From: Microcoleaceae cyanobacterium
Lineage (GTDB): Bacteria; Cyanobacteriota; Cyanobacteriia; Cyanobacteriales; Microcoleaceae
Length of the DNA: 42,555 bases
Reading direction: 5' to 3'
Assembly: GCA_051652765.1 (NCBI GenBank)
Contig: JBOFUV010000026.1
Span: forward strand, 1 to 42,555
This document shows positions 10,041 through 19,545 of this stretch, piece after piece. Every line of letters starts with the position of its first letter. Within the stretch, counting starts at the first letter, position 1. The position numbers were made by a program, and so were the translations under genes. Under the pieces are notes generated by a model. That model worked only from the letters and a program-made list of their open reading frames with translations. It searched no databases and had not been told where the DNA came from.

Positions 10041-10133
10041 GCTATCTGCCGTAGTACTCAGCCAACGTTAATCGGGTCGAGTACTGGGGTAGGGACTACA
10101 CGTCTAGTATTCCTTGCTTCCAAAGCAGATAAC
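10041..10133 (-). promoter_or_regulatory. Candidate structured 5' leader of the M43 protease gene
   Basis: Closing stem GUUAUCUGC/GCAGAUAGC encloses two hairpins and ends two bases before the RBS. Confidence 0.4.
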
Positions 10134-10323
10134 AGTCACCTTTTTGAGCGTCACCCATTTAAGCGACATTTCAGTGATGTTTCAGCAATATTCAAAAAAG
10201 TGACTAGATTAAACCTCCTGCGTTAAGGACAAGCTAAGTGACAGAGCTTGACCGCAACAAAAGCAGCCCATGAAATGCTTTATTGGCTAGTTCCTAAAGG
10301 TACAGGCTTTTACTCTAGGGGAA

Positions 10324-11706
10324 CTAGACAGCTTGAAGATGTGCCTGAATCGTCTCGGCGGCAGCCTCACCAGTTAGCAATGCCCCCTCAAAAAAACCAG
10401 GCCAGCGGTCAGCGATTTCCGTGCCTGCCCAGTAAATACGTCCAACTGGCGCTGCGATCGCCTCACCAAAAGTTGTCCATACACCAGGCGGCATAAAGGC
10501 AGCATAGCCCCCTCCTGTCCAAGGCTCGGCTGGCCAGTCTGCCTCCTCATAGGTGACTGGAGACAGGGCCTCCTCGCCGAAGTAGGTTGCCAGATCAGAG
10601 AGCACTGCTGAACGGCGATCGGCATCACTCATGGGTCGCCAATATTTGTAGCGATCGCAAGCCACGAAAGTTGCGATCACACCTTTGCCGCTTTCTGGAT
10701 CAGAACTGTCCGCGCAGAGTTCGATCCAGGGACAGTTACCCAAGCCAATTCCAGCTAACCCCTTTTCCCGCCAGAACGGGGTTTCGTAGGAAATCAGAAG
10801 CTTCGCACAGCATCCCATCGGCATCCGCTGGGTCAGTTGTTGCCGCAAGGGTGGCATGGGTGGATCGTAGCTAATTTTGCCTGCAAGATGGGGCGGCATT
10901 GCAACGATCACGAACTTTGCTGCAAAGTGATTGTGTGCTGTTTCAACTTCAACCCCTGCTTCGTTTTGATGAATACAGAAGACAGGTTCGTTAAGCTTAA
11001 TTCGCTCGCCCAATTCAGCCGCAATCTTCCCTGGAATCTGCCCAGCTCCACCGTGGAGGAGTTCTGCCTCTGGATGCTCGGATTGGGGAGCGCAGTTTTG
11101 TCCCCAGAGAACGTGCAGCAGTGACACCTGGTTTGGCTCCGCTGGCCCGAGGAAACCGACTGCACGAGCCATGTAGGCTAAGTACCAGTATCCAAAATCA
11201 GTCTTGGTGTTTTCCTTGATCCATCGGGCAAAGGTATCACTATCCAACAATTGGTTTTGATCACCCATGCTAGGGTGGCCCGGAGGCATTGCCGATGAAA
11301 GCACCTGAAAGCGCTCCCAGGCTTCAGTTGCATCCCTCCATTCGGCTTCAGGTACACCGGGGATCTCACCTTCGGAGAAGCCTTGAAAAAAGCCGTTGAA
11401 CTCGTAGCGCTCCCCATTGAATAGCAGAACTGTTCGTCCATGGACTGGCGATGGAAACCGACGTACTCTATATTCGTCAAGGAGTGCCAGGAAGCGATGC
11501 TGTGTTGGCCCGACCCACTGTCCTCCCAGATCAGTCCACTGCCCCGATTCTAGTTGCCGACCATGCATCCGACCACCAATGCGATCGCGTGCTTCGATGA
11601 GCAAAACACTTTGACCAGATCGATGTAAATTACGAGCGGCGATCAGTCCAGAAAGCCCACCGCCAACAACAATGCAATCATAGACATTTTGTTCTGATAG
11701 AGGCAT
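10324..11706 (-). CDS. Flavin-dependent amine oxidase (MAO family)
   Basis: VGGGLSGL, EARDRIGGR, DLGGQWVG, WAGTE..GFFEGAL motifs. Confidence 0.92.
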   Translation of the reverse strand: MPLSEQNVYDCIVVGGGLSGLIAARNLHRSGQSVLLIEARDRIGGRMHGRQLESGQWTDLGGQWVGPTQHRFLALLDEYRVRRFPSPVHGRTVLLFNGERYEFNGFFQGFSEGEIPGVPEAEWRDATEAWERFQVLSSAMPPGHPSMGDQNQLLDSDTFARWIKENTKTDFGYWYLAYMARAVGFLGPAEPNQVSLLHVLWGQNCAPQSEHPEAELLHGGAGQIPGKIAAELGERIKLNEPVFCIHQNEAGVEVETAHNHFAAKFVIVAMPPHLAGKISYDPPMPPLRQQLTQRMPMGCCAKLLISYETPFWREKGLAGIGLGNCPWIELCADSSDPESGKGVIATFVACDRYKYWRPMSDADRRSAVLSDLATYFGEEALSPVTYEEADWPAEPWTGGGYAAFMPPGVWTTFGEAIAAPVGRIYWAGTEIADRWPGFFEGALLTGEAAAETIQAHLQAV

Positions 11707-11964
11707 AAATCTTAATCTATCTCCAAAAGTGATGTTGCACGAATCCCACAGTAGTCTTAGCCCTATTAAACCCTGCTGTCAAGGCAGCGTTATCTCCCTC
11801 CCTGATTACTTTCCCTTGACAAGGGGAGAAACGGAAAGGAGCCTAAAACAGTGCCACTTCCAAGAACCAAACCTAGGATTAATCCCAAGCAGGAAGCTAA
11901 TACTTAGTTACCACACTGAGGGGATAAAGGGGGAGGAAGCTGATTGATGCAGGATATTTATTGG

Positions 11965-13986
11965 TTACTCCTCTGTCGGAGAGGGTTGCCAGATTTTGAC
12001 CGTGGAGTCGTAGCTGGCTGTTGCTAATAGTTGTCCATCTTGGCTAAAGTCTACTGCCAGAATATCTTCTCGGTGAGCTGCAGAGGTTTCTAGGAGGGTT
12101 CCGCTCTCGACTTCCCAGAGATCGAGGTTGCCATCTCGGTTGCCGCTGGCAAGGAGTTGGCCATCGGGGCTAAAGGTAAGGGCAAAGACATCGACCCGAT
12201 CAGCTCTCAGGGTGCGTCGTATTGTCCACCGTCCGTTCTGAATTTCCCAGAGCTTAATCATGCCGTCTCGACTGCCACTGGCCAGAATTTGACCATCGGG
12301 GCTGAAGGCGACTGTTCTCACCCAGTCAGCGTGTCCCGGCAATTGGTACAGTTCCCTGGCTCGATGCAAATCCCAGAGCCGAACCGAGTTGTCCCGACCC
12401 CCACTCGCTAGAATTTGACCGTTGGGACTGAAGCTGAGGCCATAGACATAGTCTTCGTGACCTGTCAGGGTGAACCAGCGTTTGCCCTTGGTCATGTCCC
12501 AGATTTCAATGGTTTTGTCACGGCTGCCACTGGCGAGCAACTTGCCGTCTAGACTAAATCGCACGACTTCGACCCCGGCTGCGTGGCCTGCCAGGGTGAA
12601 CCAACGTTTGCCCTTGACCATATCCCAGATTTCAATGGTTTTGTCGCGGCTGCCACTGGCCAGTAGCTTGCCATCTGGACTGAAACTTAGGGAGGTAACC
12701 CAGTTGGTATGACCTGTGAGGGTATACCAGCGTTTGCCCCGGTTCAGTTGCCAAATCTCAATGGTTTGATCTTGACTCCCACTGGCTAGAGTTGCTCCAT
12801 CAGGGCTAAAGACAACGGCAGTTACGGAATTGCGGTGTCCTTTGAGGGTGTACAAACAATCCCAGGTCAAGCCCTGCAACGGAGCAACTCGACTGAAGGT
12901 TTTTTCTTTCTGGGGCTGAGGCGGCTGAGGGGGTTGGGGATGTTGAATCCGAAATTGGGTGGGAATTTGGGGGGAAGACGTTGCTATGGGTGGGCGGGCA
13001 ACTGGTTGGCGCGCAACGGGCTGAGTGGCTTGAGGAGACAGTTGTAGATTCTGTAGAACTCTAGCAGGAATGCCATCGGGGTGTAAATCTTTCAACACGG
13101 CTAGGGCTGACGGGTAGCGTTGGGCTGGAGTCATGGTTACCATTTTGTCTAAGATTTGTCCCAGCTTCATGCTAAAGGGTTGGCCCTTGAGGTAATCTCG
13201 CCAAATCCATTGATCCTCATGAATATCAAACAGATCGAAGGGGGAAATCTGAGTCAGCAGATAGAGACAGGTCACGCCTAAACTGTAGACATCACTGGCA
13301 TACATGGCTTGGCCTCGGGTTTGTTCCGGAGCAATATATTCTGGGCTACCAATCACCGTTCCCATCCCAGGGAGTTGGGCTTGAGTCACAACCTTGGCGG
13401 CTCCAAAGTCTACTAGAACCAACTCTCCCGGCTTGGCATGAACTCCCGTTGTTTGGGTAGTCAGACCCCGACGGCGAATAATGTTTGCGGGCTTAATATC
13501 GCGGTGAATCACCTGATTTTGGTGCACAAACTGCAAGACGGGCAATAGGTCATTTAGCAGTTCCCAAATCTGGACTTCATTAAATGTTCCCTGCTGCTCT
13601 AGCTCCTGTTCTAAGTTCTCGCCATTAATATATTCCTGAACCAGATATTGATTGCCATCTTGTTCAAAATGGGCCAGTAAATCAGGGATTTGAGGATGTT
13701 TTCCGAGTTGGTCTAACCGAATGGCTTCCTGATGAAATAGCTCTATCGCTTTTGTAGAATTTTGAGTTCCTTGACTTTGGGGGAAAAATTGTTTGATGAC
13801 GCAGGGCGGGCGTGAAGGTTTGTCCTCATCAACTGCCAAAAAAGTTTTCCCAAATCCGCCATGACCAATGGGTTTAATGGCCTTATATCGCTCTCGCAAC
13901 AGTAACTTTGCACCACAAGTAAGACAGAATTTACTATCGTCTGGATTTTGGTGATGGGTACAGTGAGGATTGAGACAATAACTCAT
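11965..13986 (-). CDS. Ser/Thr protein kinase with C-terminal WD40 repeats
   Basis: MSYCLNPHC N-terminus, GHGGFG, HRDIKPAN, DFG, APE; Pro/Gln linker; about 7 WD40 repeats. Confidence 0.95.
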   Translation of the reverse strand: MSYCLNPHCTHHQNPDDSKFCLTCGAKLLLRERYKAIKPIGHGGFGKTFLAVDEDKPSRPPCVIKQFFPQSQGTQNSTKAIELFHQEAIRLDQLGKHPQIPDLLAHFEQDGNQYLVQEYINGENLEQELEQQGTFNEVQIWELLNDLLPVLQFVHQNQVIHRDIKPANIIRRRGLTTQTTGVHAKPGELVLVDFGAAKVVTQAQLPGMGTVIGSPEYIAPEQTRGQAMYASDVYSLGVTCLYLLTQISPFDLFDIHEDQWIWRDYLKGQPFSMKLGQILDKMVTMTPAQRYPSALAVLKDLHPDGIPARVLQNLQLSPQATQPVARQPVARPPIATSSPQIPTQFRIQHPQPPQPPQPQKEKTFSRVAPLQGLTWDCLYTLKGHRNSVTAVVFSPDGATLASGSQDQTIEIWQLNRGKRWYTLTGHTNWVTSLSFSPDGKLLASGSRDKTIEIWDMVKGKRWFTLAGHAAGVEVVRFSLDGKLLASGSRDKTIEIWDMTKGKRWFTLTGHEDYVYGLSFSPNGQILASGGRDNSVRLWDLHRARELYQLPGHADWVRTVAFSPDGQILASGSRDGMIKLWEIQNGRWTIRRTLRADRVDVFALTFSPDGQLLASGNRDGNLDLWEVESGTLLETSAAHREDILAVDFSQDGQLLATASYDSTVKIWQPSPTEE

Positions 13987-13990
13987 TGGT

Positions 13991-14073
13991 TGTGCAGGAT
14001 GAAATGTGCAGAATTAAGTGTGCAGGTTAAGTGTGCAGAATATTAAGTGTGCAGGTTAAGTGTGTAGGATTAA
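13991..14073. repeat. Imperfect 13-16-bp tandem repeat directly upstream of the kinase start
   Basis: Six TGTG(C/T)AG cores, consensus TTAAGTGTGCAGG. Confidence 0.9.
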
Positions 14074-14377
14074 AACTTAAAGTCGATTAACGAAAGTAAA
14101 AAATGAATTTTTGACTTATATTAATAAGGATATTCAGTTCTAGTGTTCCCTAACAAACATTCCTATCCAGCTATCCAAACTTAACAGCAATCTAAACTTC
14201 AGCAGGCGAACATCAACACTGACCCAATTTATGATAGGTATCTTGCTAGCATTGGCGTAGCCTCTCGGGTTGGAAACAGGAGGACGCTCACCCTATTATG
14301 AGTTTAAGTTGCGGGTTAAGTTTATGGATTAAGTTTGTTCCTCTGCTGAGTTGGGACTTGACCCAGACTTCGAATCA

Positions 14378-14407
14378 CACTTCTAACAGCACTTCTAACA
14401 GCACTTC
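14378..14407. repeat. 12-bp tandem repeat, 2.5 copies
   Basis: CACTTCTAACAG CACTTCTAACAG CACTTC. Confidence 0.85.
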
Positions 14408-14504
14408 ATAATTTTTAAAGATTCTGTCTGAATCGTTTTAGATTTTGGGCCTGAATGCATCCGTCTAAGAGTAGTCAGTATCCTCAATTGTAAAGGAGAA
14501 ATCA

Positions 14505-14984
14505 ATGGGTACGTCCCTAAAGCAAGTCGTAATTTACACAGATGGGGCCTGTTCTGGCAATCCGGGGTCAGGAGGGTACGGAGTGGTCTTAATTTATGGC
14601 AGTCATCGCAAGGAACTTTCCGGAGGATTTCGCCGAACGACCAACAATCGTATGGAAATCATGGGGTCGATTGCCGGACTTGAAATCCTCAAATCTCCTT
14701 GTCTGGTGACCCTCTACACCGATTCTCAGTACCTGGTGGATACCATGATGAAAGGCTGGGCAAAACGCTGGCGGACGAATGGCTGGAAACGGAATGCCAA
14801 AGAGGCCGCCAAAAATCCGGATCTGTGGCAGCGGCTCTTGGATCTTTGTGATTACCATCAAGTAAAATTCGTTTGGGTGCGGGGTCATGCTGGAAATGAG
14901 GAAAATGAATGTTGCGATCGCCTCGCCGTTCAAGCCTCTAAACAGAAAAATTTACCTCCTGATTTAGGCTATGAAAATTCTTAA
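14505..14984 (+). CDS. rnhA: Ribonuclease HI
   Basis: [57 protein letters not shown]. Confidence 0.97.
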   Translation: MGTSLKQVVIYTDGACSGNPGSGGYGVVLIYGSHRKELSGGFRRTTNNRMEIMGSIAGLEILKSPCLVTLYTDSQYLVDTMMKGWAKRWRTNGWKRNAKEAAKNPDLWQRLLDLCDYHQVKFVWVRGHAGNEENECCDRLAVQASKQKNLPPDLGYENS

Positions 14985-15006
14985 GCGACCCTTTTCTGGT
15001 ACTCCC

Positions 15007-16467
15007 TTAAATCCCGAAAAGCGATCGCATTCGCCTTCGAATCCAGATCAAAGGATTCTCCTCAAGATCATCATCCTCTAAAATTCCCATCTCCTGCAAC
15101 ATTTGCCGCCGCTCAATCAGTTCTTGTTTGCGCTCTACTAATTTTTCGGCAATCTGATCGGCAAGTTGCGGATAACTCGTTAAAAATCCTTGAAAAATAT
15201 CTCGGTTGACCACGAAAAGAATTGTTGTTTCCAGAGTTTTAACCGCAGCCGAGCGAGGAATTCCCATAATTAAAGCCAACTCTCCAAAGAAATCTCCAGT
15301 ATACAAATCCCGAATATGTTTGTTGGCTTTCTCCGAAACAATTTCGACTGAGCCAGATAGAATAATATGAAAAGCATCTCCCGGATCACCTTCATGAAAG
15401 ATAAATTCCTTGGCAGAGGTTTTTTGACGATATCCCTTTTCAATCAAACTCAATAGCTCTAAATCAGAAAATTTTTCAAAATAAATTACCTGTCTCAATA
15501 AATCTTTTAACGACAAACTTTCTGGATAGGCTTTGACCTCTTTTTCAAGCTGCTTGGTCTCCTCCTTCATATTTTGATCTTGAATCTGACTCGCATTAAA
15601 AATCCCTCTCAGATCCTCTGGATTTCTGAACCATAAATCCCGTTGAGCCACAGGAATTCTAATGTTATTTTGATACAGTTCACTTTGGATAATATAGTTC
15701 AAAGCACTCCGAATCGGGAGTCTGGCCCTGGGCTGATCAATCCAAACCAACAACTCATAATTCACTGAATCTTCCCCAAAATTACTCAGCCAAACTTGAG
15801 GAGCAGGACGGGGCAAAACCCTAGGCTCTTGACGGGCTGAAGCCAATAGCACCTCGGTAACTAATACGGGATCACTGCCATAGGCAACCCGAACGGGAAT
15901 ATGAATCCGACTGTTGACATCACCATAACTCCAGTTAATAATTCGATTATCAATCAAATCAGAATTGGGAATAATAATCGAAATTCCATCGTTGGTTACC
16001 AACAATGTTGACCGGATTGAAATTTTACGAATTGTGCCTTCTAGGTCTCCTAGCTCAATATAATCTCCAGCTTTAATCGGTTGTTCTAGGAGAAGAATTA
16101 AACCACTGACAAAGTTCTGAGCCAATCCTTGAAATCCGAAGCCAATGCCAATTCCCAAGCCTCCAGCCAGAAAACTAATAGAACGAATATCAACTCCAGC
16201 AACCTGAGGAACAATAATGAATGCAAGTGTAACTGTACAATAGCGAAAAATAGTTGAAATTGCTTCTCGAGTTCCTTCTTGAACCCCAAATTTGACCAAT
16301 AGTTTATCCCTGATCCAGTTACTCACATATCGAGAAATAAGAACGACAGCGGTCAGGACAATTAGCGTTGTCAGAATCGAACTGACAGAAACTAACATTC
16401 CTCCAATTCTGATTGTTTTTGTAAAAAGACGATATAGGGATTCAATCAGAGCCATAATTGGATTCAT
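15007..16467 (-). CDS. MscS-family channel with a C-terminal cyclic-nucleotide-binding domain
   Basis: GGLGIGIGFGFQGLAQNFVSG MscS pore helix; IFHEGDPGD..GDFFGELAL..RSA cNMP cassette. Confidence 0.92.
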   Translation of the reverse strand: MNPIMALIESLYRLFTKTIRIGGMLVSVSSILTTLIVLTAVVLISRYVSNWIRDKLLVKFGVQEGTREAISTIFRYCTVTLAFIIVPQVAGVDIRSISFLAGGLGIGIGFGFQGLAQNFVSGLILLLEQPIKAGDYIELGDLEGTIRKISIRSTLLVTNDGISIIIPNSDLIDNRIINWSYGDVNSRIHIPVRVAYGSDPVLVTEVLLASARQEPRVLPRPAPQVWLSNFGEDSVNYELLVWIDQPRARLPIRSALNYIIQSELYQNNIRIPVAQRDLWFRNPEDLRGIFNASQIQDQNMKEETKQLEKEVKAYPESLSLKDLLRQVIYFEKFSDLELLSLIEKGYRQKTSAKEFIFHEGDPGDAFHIILSGSVEIVSEKANKHIRDLYTGDFFGELALIMGIPRSAAVKTLETTILFVVNRDIFQGFLTSYPQLADQIAEKLVERKQELIERRQMLQEMGILEDDDLEENPLIWIRRRMRSLFGI

Positions 16468-16654
16468 AGTTACCTTTCAGAAGAGAGGTTAATGGGATCA
16501 TTTCTAAATTGATCTTACCAAAAGTTTTATACTTTTCGGCTTAAAGATATCAGTTTAGAAATACGGGTTTAAAAACAGTTTGCTTAAGGGGTATCAGTTT
16601 TAAACTTTGTAGTTTAAACTACAAGTAAAGTACAAGTTCTAAAAGTAATTCTTT

Positions 16655-17482
16655 ATGATGATTTCAGAACTACTTATCTTAATATTTAGTGGACTGCTAA
16701 GTGGAGTTCTTGCTGGATTTCTAGGGATTGGGGGAGGAGTTATTTTGGTGCCTTTATTAGTTGCTTTGAATATTGAACCCATTCAAGCGGTTGCAACCAG
16801 CAGTATTGCTATTTTTATTACAGCCTTGTCAGGGAGTATTCAAAATTGGCGCATGGGTTACCTGAAGTTTGGCCGGGTTTTTGGAATTGGTTTTCCAGCA
16901 TTGATAACGGCCCAAGTTGGAGCTTACTTTGCAGATCAGTTTTCCCCCAAATACTTACTAATTGCATTTGGATGTTTATTACTTCTAAATGTGTACTTAG
17001 TTGAACTTAACAAACAAGTCACGGGCAAGCGATCTGCCCGTAAAATAGAACAATATCTTTCAGGAGGGTTCAGCTCGGAAGGATCGAGTTCAGCACTGAT
17101 TGTTTCAACTCCATCTCACCCAATATTTTTTAGGGTTTTAACTGGGACTTTAGCTGGATTTCTGGCTGGATTTTTTGGGGTTGGAGGGGGCGTGATTATG
17201 GTGCCTTTGCAAATTCTGTTATTAAATGAAACAATCAAAACTGCGATTCAAACCAGTTTAGGAGTCATTGTAATTACTGGTGTTTCGGCTGGTTTGGGTC
17301 ATGCTAGACTAGGAAATGTAATGTGGCTATCCGGAGTTCTGCTGGGGTTGGGTGGTTTATTCGGAGCACAACTGAGCACTCGCTTTCTACCTAAACTTTC
17401 TGAGCGCACCATCAGTCTTACATTTCGTGCATTGCTAAGCATTCTAGCGGCCTATATTTTCTGGCAAGCAATCCAATACTAG
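16655..17482 (+). CDS. TauE/SafE (TSUP) family membrane exporter
   Basis: Duplicated GFLGIGGG / GFFGVGGG motifs; multiple TM helices. Confidence 0.9.
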   Translation: MMISELLILIFSGLLSGVLAGFLGIGGGVILVPLLVALNIEPIQAVATSSIAIFITALSGSIQNWRMGYLKFGRVFGIGFPALITAQVGAYFADQFSPKYLLIAFGCLLLLNVYLVELNKQVTGKRSARKIEQYLSGGFSSEGSSSALIVSTPSHPIFFRVLTGTLAGFLAGFFGVGGGVIMVPLQILLLNETIKTAIQTSLGVIVITGVSAGLGHARLGNVMWLSGVLLGLGGLFGAQLSTRFLPKLSERTISLTFRALLSILAAYIFWQAIQY

Positions 17483-17540
17483 CTAGATGAACCTTAGAAT
17501 GATTGAGCTAGAATCCAAAGGGCAACTAAAACCACTAAGA

Positions 17541-17912
17541 ATGACCAGACTAATTTTACTAATTGAGGATGAAGACGATATTCGAGAAGTTGCTCAACTT
17601 AGTTTAGAGATGGTTGGCAAATGGGAAGTGATCACGGCAAAATCTGGCAATGAAGGGCTAATAAAAGCAGAGCAAGAGCAGCCGGATATGATCCTTCTAG
17701 ATGTGATGATGCCTGAGTTAGATGGTTTAGTAACGTTTAGAAAATTGCAGGCAAGCAAAACGACTCAACATATTCCAGTGATTTTCCTAACCGCAAAAGT
17801 TCAATCTGCCGATCAACGTCAGTTTGCTGAACTTGGAGTGAGCGGGATTATTACGAAGCCTTTTGAACCGTTGACTCTAGCTGATCAAGTCACAAAAATT
17901 TTAGAGTGGTAA
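17541..17912 (+). CDS. Single-domain CheY-like response regulator; the ORF could extend to 17487
   Basis: ILLIEDE, LLDVMMP, FLTA, KPF motifs. Confidence 0.9.
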   Translation: MTRLILLIEDEDDIREVAQLSLEMVGKWEVITAKSGNEGLIKAEQEQPDMILLDVMMPELDGLVTFRKLQASKTTQHIPVIFLTAKVQSADQRQFAELGVSGIITKPFEPLTLADQVTKILEW

Positions 17913-17945
17913 ATGGCGCAAAGTCAAAATTAAGACCTGTGATTG

Positions 17946-18602
17946 CTACGATCGCCGCTCTAAAATTTTTCTGATATTTGGTAAAGCTGCTTCTACAACT
18001 TCAGGCTGTGGCGTTGTTTGTTTCCAACTTTCACGCATCGCAAGCCGTTCTAACCATGCCTTGAGGCGAGGACAGGAATCCAAAGAAAAGCCGAATAAAT
18101 ACAATGAAGGCAATAAGGTTCCAGCAGTAATATCTGCCAAAGTAAGTTCTTCTCCAACAAAGTATGAATGTTTCCCTAGAAGATTCTCGTAAAATTGCAT
18201 TACAGAGATGACTCGCTCTTTTGCCGCGTCAAGTTTCTGACTGTCAACGTCCAATCCTACTAAAGGTCGGGTTAATAGAAGCATAGCAAGTTGAAGTTCA
18301 TTGACGGCAACCATCTCCACCATCCGGACTGTGGCAATGTCTTCAGGGTTGCTTGGCATCAACGATCGAGTTGGATATTTTGCTTCCAGGTAATCTAAAA
18401 TTGCCAATGACTCAATGACCCGAAACCCATTGTCTACAATGACGGGAACGCGCTGGAGCGAATTAATTGCTGTGAAGTCGTTATCAAACTGATCGCCGTC
18501 CAGATTCACCAGAATTGGCTCAAATGGTATTTGTTTTTCTAGCAGTGCGACCCACACTCGACGCACATTGGCAGAGACCGGATTGTAGTAAAACTTCAGC
18601 AT
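17946..18602 (-). CDS. Glutathione S-transferase family protein
   Basis: RVPVIVDNGFRVIESLAILDYL; YFVGEELTLADI. Confidence 0.93.
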   Translation of the reverse strand: MLKFYYNPVSANVRRVWVALLEKQIPFEPILVNLDGDQFDNDFTAINSLQRVPVIVDNGFRVIESLAILDYLEAKYPTRSLMPSNPEDIATVRMVEMVAVNELQLAMLLLTRPLVGLDVDSQKLDAAKERVISVMQFYENLLGKHSYFVGEELTLADITAGTLLPSLYLFGFSLDSCPRLKAWLERLAMRESWKQTTPQPEVVEAALPNIRKILERRS

Positions 18603-18779
18603 TGAAACCCCTGCTCAAAAACTACGATTTCAGCGAACCCTTGAAGTCTAACACCAACTTAATGAGGCTTTTTTTCACCGACCCGTTCAATTGACTGCCG
18701 CACTAAGCCCCTTTGAACATCCCAATCTTGAACATTCACGGATAACTTTTAAATGACCACCATCACCCGAAACGAAGCA

Positions 18780-18865
18780 GGCTAACGACAAAATGTAGCG
18801 GCGGTAGATAACCTTGAACATTCACCGATAACCTTTGTTCCTTCCGCACCAACGCAGTGTTGGGC
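18780..18865 (-). mobile_element. attC-like recombination site (degenerate)
   Basis: Minus strand, 7 nt after the VapC stop: GCCCAAC (RYYYAAC) ..GCGG....CCGC.. GTTAGCC (GTT core); 86 bp. Confidence 0.55.
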
Positions 18866-18872
18866 TGCGCTG

Positions 18873-19256
18873 CTACATGACGCTAACCGAATAGGCACGA
18901 ACTGCTGAATCTACTGTCGCAATTGTCAGACCATTGTGTAAAGCCTGACAGATAAGCATTCTGTCAAATGGATCACGATGCAATGGTGGCAATTCAGCCA
19001 ATTGAATCACGCTACTTTCATCAAGAGCAAGACTGGCAATCTGATGAAGATCGCGCTGCTTGGGCAAATACGTTTCGGGAGGCTCTGGCAGAGGAAGTTT
19101 GCCCAACTGATACTCGACAATCACTTCCCAGACTGAAACGGCACTCAAGTAGATCTCGTTGTCTGGATCGCGAATCGCATCCCGAACATCTGTTGATAAC
19201 TGGGTATCGCCACTGATGAACCACAGAAAAATATGCGTATCTAGCAAAATTCTCAT
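18873..19256 (-). CDS. vapC: VapC-family PIN-domain toxin
   Basis: LLDTHIFLW, SAVSVWE, HRDPFDRMLICQA, TVD; overlaps the antitoxin stop (ATGA). Confidence 0.93.
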   Translation of the reverse strand: MRILLDTHIFLWFISGDTQLSTDVRDAIRDPDNEIYLSAVSVWEVIVEYQLGKLPLPEPPETYLPKQRDLHQIASLALDESSVIQLAELPPLHRDPFDRMLICQALHNGLTIATVDSAVRAYSVSVM

Positions 19257-19489
19257 TTGCCCTCGAATGCGCTGAGAAGATCTTCCGGCAAAGGAGCATC
19301 AAAATCATCTGGAACGATAAACTCACCTGCACACAAACCAAATGGTCGCAATTGTTTACTACTAGCAATAGGTCTAAGCTCGGCAATAGGTTTATCAGAT
19401 CTCATAATGACAAGAGTTTCGCCTGCCTCTACCTGATGAAGGTACTTCAAGGGATCACGTTGAATTTCATCAATAGTTACATTCAGCAT
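19253..19489 (-). CDS. Phd/YefM-family antitoxin
   Basis: VEAGETLVIMRSDKPIAEL..RPFGLCAGEFIVPDDFDAPLP; GAGG upstream of the ATG at 19489. Confidence 0.9.
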   Translation of the reverse strand: MLNVTIDEIQRDPLKYLHQVEAGETLVIMRSDKPIAELRPIASSKQLRPFGLCAGEFIVPDDFDAPLPEDLLSAFEGK

Positions 19490-19545
19490 CAGCCTACCTC
19501 GGTGTAAATTTAATGAGCAAACAAGTCTCCAAAACATCAAAGGGT

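Noticed and set aside
13991..14073. Possible CRISPR array (also considered for 7862-7913 and 23254-23309)
   Set aside because: Units are 12-16 bp and contiguous with no unique spacers; no cas genes in the window.
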